A DNA stretch of 64,000 nucleotides. Source: an uncultured Spirochaetota bacterium. GTDB taxonomy: Bacteria > Spirochaetota > Spirochaetia > SZUA-6 > Fen-1364. Within the stretch, counting starts at the first letter, position 1; every line of letters begins with the position of its first letter. Of this stretch, positions 58,761-64,000 are shown piece after piece. The position numbers and the translations under genes were made by a program. The notes beneath the pieces were generated by a model. The model was not told the DNA's origin. It searched no databases and was given only the letters and a program-made list of their open reading frames with translations. The stretch covers positions 32,001 through 96,000 of the forward strand of contig CAWGAA010000001.1 of NCBI GenBank assembly GCA_963820525.1, written 5' to 3'.

Positions 58761-59582
58761 ATGGCACGAACCGTATACGACAAGCTCCGGGCTCTCCAGG
58801 ATGTCCTTTCGCGCAAGTTCGAAGTCGAGAAGGAGATCCTCGAGATCCCCAAGTCCCTGGCAACCAAGACGGAGCTTCTCAACAGGGTGAAGAAATCCTC
58901 CATGGACAAGGCCGCCAGCCACCAGGGCGCCCTGACGCGGATAGAGGAGCTCACGCAGAAGCTCACCGATGCGGAGCAGGCCCGCGAGAAGTACGAGGGC
59001 CAGATGGATCTCATCAAGACCCAGAGAGAGTACGAGGCGCTGGACAAGGAGATCAAGGAAGCCACGGAGAAGGAGCAGACCCTGCGCAAGGAGCTCCAGC
59101 GCGAGCAGGGCATGGCTGAAGAGCTCAAAGGGTCGCTTGAAAAAGAAGAGATGATGATCAAGAAGCAGGAGGAGGACGTCAAGGAGGAGCAGTCCAAAAT
59201 CAAGCTCAAGATCAAGGAAAAGAACCAGGAGCTGAAGAAGCTCCTGAACGAGGAAAAGAAAATCACTCCGGGTCTCGACGAAGAGATCCTTTTCAAGTTC
59301 GAGCGGATCATCAAGAGCAAGGCCGGCGTCGGCATCGTCTCCCTCGCCAAAGGCGTCTGCATGGGATGCTACATGATCCTGCCCCCCCAATTCGTGAACA
59401 CGGTTCGCCTTGGCGAGAAGGTGGAGTTCTGCCCCTACTGCAGCAGGATCCTCTTCTACTCCGATGAGGAGGAAGAGGAAAGCCTGGAGACCGCCATCTT
59501 GGAGGAAGAGGCCGAGGAAGAGGAGGAAGAGGAGGAGGAGCAGGAGGAAGAAGCGCCGGAAGACGAAGAAGAGGAGATCTGA
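58761..59582 (+). CDS. coiled-coil C4 zinc-ribbon protein (DUF164-like) with poly-Glu tail
   Basis: CMGC..CPYCSRILF; acidic tail about 59460-59579. Confidence 0.9.
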   Translation: MARTVYDKLRALQDVLSRKFEVEKEILEIPKSLATKTELLNRVKKSSMDKAASHQGALTRIEELTQKLTDAEQAREKYEGQMDLIKTQREYEALDKEIKEATEKEQTLRKELQREQGMAEELKGSLEKEEMMIKKQEEDVKEEQSKIKLKIKEKNQELKKLLNEEKKITPGLDEEILFKFERIIKSKAGVGIVSLAKGVCMGCYMILPPQFVNTVRLGEKVEFCPYCSRILFYSDEEEEESLETAILEEEAEEEEEEEEEQEEEAPEDEEEEI

Positions 59583-59764
59583 AGCCGCTCACGATTCCGC
59601 TCCCTTCCGCTGTATCGCTCACCGGACGCTGTTGCACCTCGCGCCTCCGCCGCCCCGCTTCGCTGCGGCGCCCTCCCGGCGTTTCTTACGAAGCGCCTGA
59701 CGGGTTGGATCTGCCGCAGAAATTACCGCTTGCGTATTTTCGCCCTTTGGGCGAAAATATTATA

Positions 59765-60165
59765 GGCAGATCAGGTCACCGCCTTCGGCGGGGAGTATGC
59801 CCCGTCAGGGAGGAAAGTCCGGGCTCCAGAGAGCAGAATGCCGGGTAACACCCGGGCCGAGCGTTTTCGAGCTTTGCTTAGAAAACGCAAGGACAGAGAG
59901 TGCCACAGAAAACATACCGGTCTTTACGGTTCCGAAAGGGACGCGGGAAGACCAAGGGTGAAAAGGCGAGGCAAGAGCTCACCGCCCGACCGGCGACGGC
60001 CGGGGCACGGAAAACCTCATTCGGAGCAAAGCCAAGCAGCAGGGGGTTGCTCGCCCGCCGGGGGTGAAATCCCGGCAACCTGCGGGTAGGCTGCTAGAGG
60101 GAGCGGGCAACCGCGGCCCCCAGAGAGATGGTGACCCACGACAGAACCCGGCTTATCGATCTGCC
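59765..60165 (+). ncRNA. rnpB: RNase P RNA, type A
   Basis: GAGGAAAGTCCGGGC, AGTGCCACAGAAA, GGGTGAAA, GAGCAA, ACAGAACCCGGCTTAT; P1 GGCAGATC/GATCTGCC followed by T8. Confidence 0.97.
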
Positions 60166-60193
60166 GTTTTTTTTAGATTAAGGCACGGAAGGC

Positions 60194-61132
60194 ATGATCC
60201 TCAGCTACGATCACTATCATTCGGGACGGGGAAGGAGAGCGCGACGGAGGCTCATTCCCATCGCCGCGGTCCTCGTGCTCGCCGCCGTGGCTGTTGTCTT
60301 CATCCTGCGGATCCCCCAGAGGCTTCTCCCCGCCTCGGGGGCCCATGCCGGAGCGGGAAAGCTCGCAGAGCTCTGGAAGAACGAGCGCTACGACGAAGTC
60401 ATCTCGATCGCGGACGCCGTGCTCAAGAGCGACCCCCTCAACGCCAACGCCCTCGCCTACCGCGGGTTCGCCTCTTTCTACAAGGCGGTCTCCGCGTCGA
60501 CCCCCGAGGACAAGCTCCCGTTCCTCGACGATGCCATTGTCTGCCTGAGGCGGGCGAAGCTCGCCGGGACGTCGATGGCGGGCGAGACCGACTACGTGCT
60601 CGCCAAGGCATATTTCCACAAGGGGAAATTCACGTATGATCTCGCCGTCACGTACATGGAGAGCGCGCTCGCCCGCGGTTTCGTGCAGAAGGACAGCTAC
60701 GAATACCTCGGGCTTTCCTATACCCAGTTGGGAGACTTCGAGAAGGGGATCACCAACTTCCTCAAGGCGCTTCAGGAGGAGCAGAGCGATCTCCTGCTCT
60801 TGACAATCGGGCAAAGTTACTACCAGATGAAGCGTACCGCCGAAGCGGTCGACTATCTTCTGCGAGCCCTCAACAAGACGGAGGACAAGGCGATCGAGAA
60901 GAGGGCGCGCTTCCTGCTCGGTGAGATCTACCTTGACAGGAACGAGCTCTTCAAGGCTGAAGAGCAGTACAGTGCGATCACGCAGCTCGATTCCCAGTCG
61001 GCGGACGCGCACTTCTTCCTCGGAGAGGTGTACGCCAAGCTGAACGACCGCGTGAAGGCGCGGGCCGAGTGGAGGGCCGCCTTCCAAATCGACCCGTCAC
61101 ACTACGGAGCCAAGCTCCGCTTGTTCAAGTAG
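60194..61132 (+). CDS. membrane-anchored TPR protein
   Basis: N-terminal TM helix and multiple TPRs (ADAHFFLGEVY..AFQIDP). Confidence 0.85.
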   Translation: MILSYDHYHSGRGRRARRRLIPIAAVLVLAAVAVVFILRIPQRLLPASGAHAGAGKLAELWKNERYDEVISIADAVLKSDPLNANALAYRGFASFYKAVSASTPEDKLPFLDDAIVCLRRAKLAGTSMAGETDYVLAKAYFHKGKFTYDLAVTYMESALARGFVQKDSYEYLGLSYTQLGDFEKGITNFLKALQEEQSDLLLLTIGQSYYQMKRTAEAVDYLLRALNKTEDKAIEKRARFLLGEIYLDRNELFKAEEQYSAITQLDSQSADAHFFLGEVYAKLNDRVKARAEWRAAFQIDPSHYGAKLRLFK

Positions 61133-61170
61133 CAAAGGGGTCCGGCCGGCCGCCCTGAGGAGGATGTCTG

Positions 61171-62208
61171 ATGGCATGGGAAGGATTGTACGAGGCGTTT
61201 TCTACAGACCTCGGGATTGACCTGGGAACGTGCAGCACGATTGTCCATGTGAGGGGAAAGGGGATCGTGCTGTGCGAGCCTTCGGTCGTGGCCATGGAGC
61301 GCGGAACCAAAAAGGTTGTAGCCGTCGGCACCGAGGCGAAAAAAATGCTGTGGAAGACCCCCGGCGACATCATGGCCATCAGGCCGCTTCGCGACGGCGT
61401 CATCGCGGACTTCGAGGCAACCGAGAAGATGATCCGCTACTTCATCGAGAAGGTCATCTCACGCCGCTGGTTCGTCAAGCCGCGGATGGTGATCGGGGTT
61501 CCCACGTGCATCACGGAAGTGGAGAAGCGCGCCGTTCGTGACTCCGCCGAGCAGGCGGGCGCCCGGGAGGTCTACCTCATCCAGGAATCCATGGCGGCGG
61601 CGATCGGCGCAAACATCCCCATCCTCGAGCCCGCGGGCCACATGATCTGCGACATCGGCGGCGGGACCACCGAGATTTCGGTGATCTCCCTCGGCGGCAT
61701 GGTCGTGACCAACGCCATCCGCGTCGGCGGAGACGAGTTCGACGAGGCGATCATCAAGCACGTTCGAAACGTGCACAACCTCATCGTGGGCGAAGCCACG
61801 GCGGAGAACGTGAAGATCACCATCGGAAACGCCTCCCCTGACAAGAAGATCGAAAAGATGGAGATCAAGGGCACCGACGCCATCACGGGCCTCCCCCGCA
61901 AGCTCGAGATGGACTCGGTGGAAGTCCGGGAGGCTCTCCAGGAGCCGATCAACACGGTCATCGAGGAGATCAAGAAGACGCTGGGGCAGACCCCGCCGGA
62001 ACTTGCCGCGGACATCGTGGAGCGGGGAATCGTGATGACGGGCGGAGGCTCCCTGTTGAAGGGCTTCCCGAAGTTCATCTCCAAGGAGACCGGGGTGCCC
62101 GTCATCCTCGCGGAGAATCCCCTTCTCTGCGTCGCCCTGGGGGCGGGGAAGTTCCTGGAAAGCCTTGTGAAGGACAAGAACGCGAAGTACTTCAACGTGA
62201 AGACCTGA
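61171..62208 (+). CDS. mreB: rod shape-determining protein MreB
   Basis: [34 protein letters not shown]. Confidence 0.97.
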   Translation: MAWEGLYEAFSTDLGIDLGTCSTIVHVRGKGIVLCEPSVVAMERGTKKVVAVGTEAKKMLWKTPGDIMAIRPLRDGVIADFEATEKMIRYFIEKVISRRWFVKPRMVIGVPTCITEVEKRAVRDSAEQAGAREVYLIQESMAAAIGANIPILEPAGHMICDIGGGTTEISVISLGGMVVTNAIRVGGDEFDEAIIKHVRNVHNLIVGEATAENVKITIGNASPDKKIEKMEIKGTDAITGLPRKLEMDSVEVREALQEPINTVIEEIKKTLGQTPPELAADIVERGIVMTGGGSLLKGFPKFISKETGVPVILAENPLLCVALGAGKFLESLVKDKNAKYFNVKT

Positions 62209-62220
62209 AGGCTCTAGTCT

Positions 62221-63255
62221 ATGCCCGGTCTTTTCGAAGGTTTTTTCGCCCGGCATAGGAGGGGCGTCACTCTCTCGATCCTCGTCCTGCTCTCCCTCTT
62301 CAGCCTGCTGATCTCCAACAGGACCCTCGTCGTGCAGCCGAAGCAGGTCGGCTTCTCCGTGGTTTCATTTTTCCAGAAAGGCTTTACAGGATTCTTCCGG
62401 TGGTTCGGCGACACGGCGGGCTCCATCTCGCAGCTCCGCCAGGCGCGGGAAGAGCTGGCTTCGGCCCGGCAGAGGCTCCAGGAGCTCGACCAGACCAACC
62501 GCGAAATCGTGGAGCTTCGCCGCGAAAACCAGCTCCTGAGAGATCAGCTCGGCTTCATCCAGTCTCTCCCCGCCGACAGGATCGCGGCTGAGGTCATCGC
62601 CAAGGATCACGACAACCTCTTTTCCACGATCACGGTGAACAAGGGCTCCCGGCACGGCGTGAAGCGCAACATGCCCGTCGTCGCTTTCCACGGGGACATG
62701 GAGGGGCTGGTGGGGAAAGTCGTAGCCGTGGGCCTCGGCTCCTCCCAGATTCTTCCCCTCTACGATCCCCAGTGCCAGATTTCAGCGCGGCTGGAGCGCT
62801 CACGCTTCGAAGGCCTGGTCAGCGGGCAGGGCAAGGACAGGGAGAACGTGATCATGCGCTACGTGAAGAAAATCGCCAAGGATTCGATAGAGTACGGAGA
62901 CCTCGCCGTCACGGCGGGCCTCGGCGGCCTGTATCCCAAGGGAATCAACATCGGCAGGATCAGGGACATCAGGGCACGCAGCTACGAGACGTCCCTGGAG
63001 CTCGAAGTGGAGCCCATCATCGACTTCAGCAGGCTGGAGTACGTGTTCATCTTGAACACGGAAGAAGGCTCCGGCGATACCCCGGCTGAGGCCGTGGATG
63101 CGGCGCCGGCGGCGGCTGCGGGATCACCATCGGGCGCGGCTCCCGAGGCGGCAAGCTCGGGCGCAGCGGGTGGGGAAACCGGCGCGGGAGCGGCGGATCC
63201 AAATGCAGGCGCGGCGTCGCCGGACGATGCGGCCCCGACTCCAGGCGGGAACTGA
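62221..63255 (+). CDS. mreC: rod shape-determining protein MreC with Ala/Gly/Pro tail
   Basis: ENQLLR, NKGSRHGV, GLVGKV, GLGGLYPKGINIG. Confidence 0.94.
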   Translation: MPGLFEGFFARHRRGVTLSILVLLSLFSLLISNRTLVVQPKQVGFSVVSFFQKGFTGFFRWFGDTAGSISQLRQAREELASARQRLQELDQTNREIVELRRENQLLRDQLGFIQSLPADRIAAEVIAKDHDNLFSTITVNKGSRHGVKRNMPVVAFHGDMEGLVGKVVAVGLGSSQILPLYDPQCQISARLERSRFEGLVSGQGKDRENVIMRYVKKIAKDSIEYGDLAVTAGLGGLYPKGINIGRIRDIRARSYETSLELEVEPIIDFSRLEYVFILNTEEGSGDTPAEAVDAAPAAAAGSPSGAAPEAASSGAAGGETGAGAADPNAGAASPDDAAPTPGGN

Positions 63256-63774
63256 ATGGGCAAGGATCTTCGCATCACCCTCGTCACCCTCCTGTTCCTG
63301 ACCGTTGCTGTTCTGCTTCAGTCCACCGTGCTGGGCAGCATCGCCATAGCCAGCGTGAGACCCGACCTGGCGCTGATAATCCTGGTTTTCGTCTCCCTCA
63401 GGCGCGGCTCCATGGTGGGCCAGGTTTCCGGGTTCTTTTCCGGGATTCTCGAGGATTTCATGAGCGTCTCGCCGCTGGGGTTTCATCCGCTCATGCGCGC
63501 CGTGATCGGATACCTCTACGGCCTTTTCTCCGGCGCCGTGTTCGTGGATCCCTTCCTCATGCCGATGGTCCTTACAGTGATCGCGACACTCCTCAAGGGC
63601 GTGCTCTCGGGCCTCGTGTCGACCGTATTCGGCCTGTCATCTTCCGGCTTCCTCTACTTCACGGGGAGACTGTGGATAGAGGTGGGTTACAACGCGGTCC
63701 TCTCCCCGTTCCTCTTTGCCCTGCTCAACCTGTTCAAAGTCTTCAAGCAGGCGGAGAAGAAAGAAGGCGCCTGA
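63256..63774 (+). CDS. mreD: rod shape-determining protein MreD
   Basis: RPDLALI, GFFSGILED, hydrophobic; position after mreC. Confidence 0.93.
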   Translation: MGKDLRITLVTLLFLTVAVLLQSTVLGSIAIASVRPDLALIILVFVSLRRGSMVGQVSGFFSGILEDFMSVSPLGFHPLMRAVIGYLYGLFSGAVFVDPFLMPMVLTVIATLLKGVLSGLVSTVFGLSSSGFLYFTGRLWIEVGYNAVLSPFLFALLNLFKVFKQAEKKEGA

Positions 63775-64000
63775 TGGACGGGGAACGCCTGCTCAGACGG
63801 CGGTTCTTCATCCTCACCGCCATTTTTGCAGGAACGATCGGGTTCCTGGCGATCTACCTCTTCTACCTCCAGATCATCAGAGGCGTCGAGTACCGCCAAA
63901 GGGCGAAGGATGTCTCCCAGCGTGAAGTACCCATCCCGGCCCAGCGAGGTGAGATCTTCGACAGGAGCGTCGACGTCCCCCTGGTCTTCAACGTGGATTC
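63774..64000 (+). CDS. mrdA: penicillin-binding protein 2, 3'-truncated
   Basis: TM helix then LFYLQII..IPAQRGEIFDR; ATG overlaps mreD stop. Confidence 0.88.
   Translation, partial: MDGERLLRRRFFILTAIFAGTIGFLAIYLFYLQIIRGVEYRQRAKDVSQREVPIPAQRGEIFDRSVDVPLVFNVD

Noticed and set aside
63060..63255. GC-rich low-complexity 3' end of mreC as an inserted element
   Set aside because: Ala/Pro-rich disordered MreC tails are common; no clear terminal repeats.
1..64000. Mobile elements, prophage, CRISPR-Cas or defence genes
   Set aside because: No integrase, transposase, phage or cas motifs and no repeat-spacer arrays recognised.

Overview
A GC-rich (roughly 60-65% by eye) chromosome segment from a spirochaete (Spirochaetia). 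The assignment rests on the FlaB-type flagellin, PUR/BpuR-like protein, short SMC and Treponema-like synteny. It opens with the 3' part of a secondary DnaE. A ~19 kb accessory-looking block follows between two inward-facing tRNAs (Val, Gly). It holds an RRM protein with a long structured leader, two small proteins, a membrane/spermidine-synthase-like fusion, a LacI-regulated cellobiose/cellodextrin ABC operon with two GH94 phosphorylases, MtfA and an osmoprotectant ABC system. The rest is mostly core genome: rnhB, smc, ffh-rpsP-khpA-rimM-trmD-rplS, coaD-rpmF-acpP-rnc, cca, flaB, aroH-glgA-map, tRNA-Thr/Tyr, mltG-dnaG-rpoD, rnpB and mreBCD-mrdA. I saw no integrase, transposase or CRISPR array. 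The most notable observations are: an in-frame HD-GYP-YraN fusion followed by an unannotated FlgM-like microprotein; a 1332-aa barrel/8x Ig/OmpA envelope protein; a tRNA-Gly(UCC) with C33; several apparently leaderless promoters; GC-rich hairpin spacers with GNA mini-hairpins abutting -35 boxes and inserted in-frame in dnaE; and a 42-aa membrane protein carrying a copy of the cellobiose LacI operator. All protein family calls come from motif recognition by eye, not database searches.
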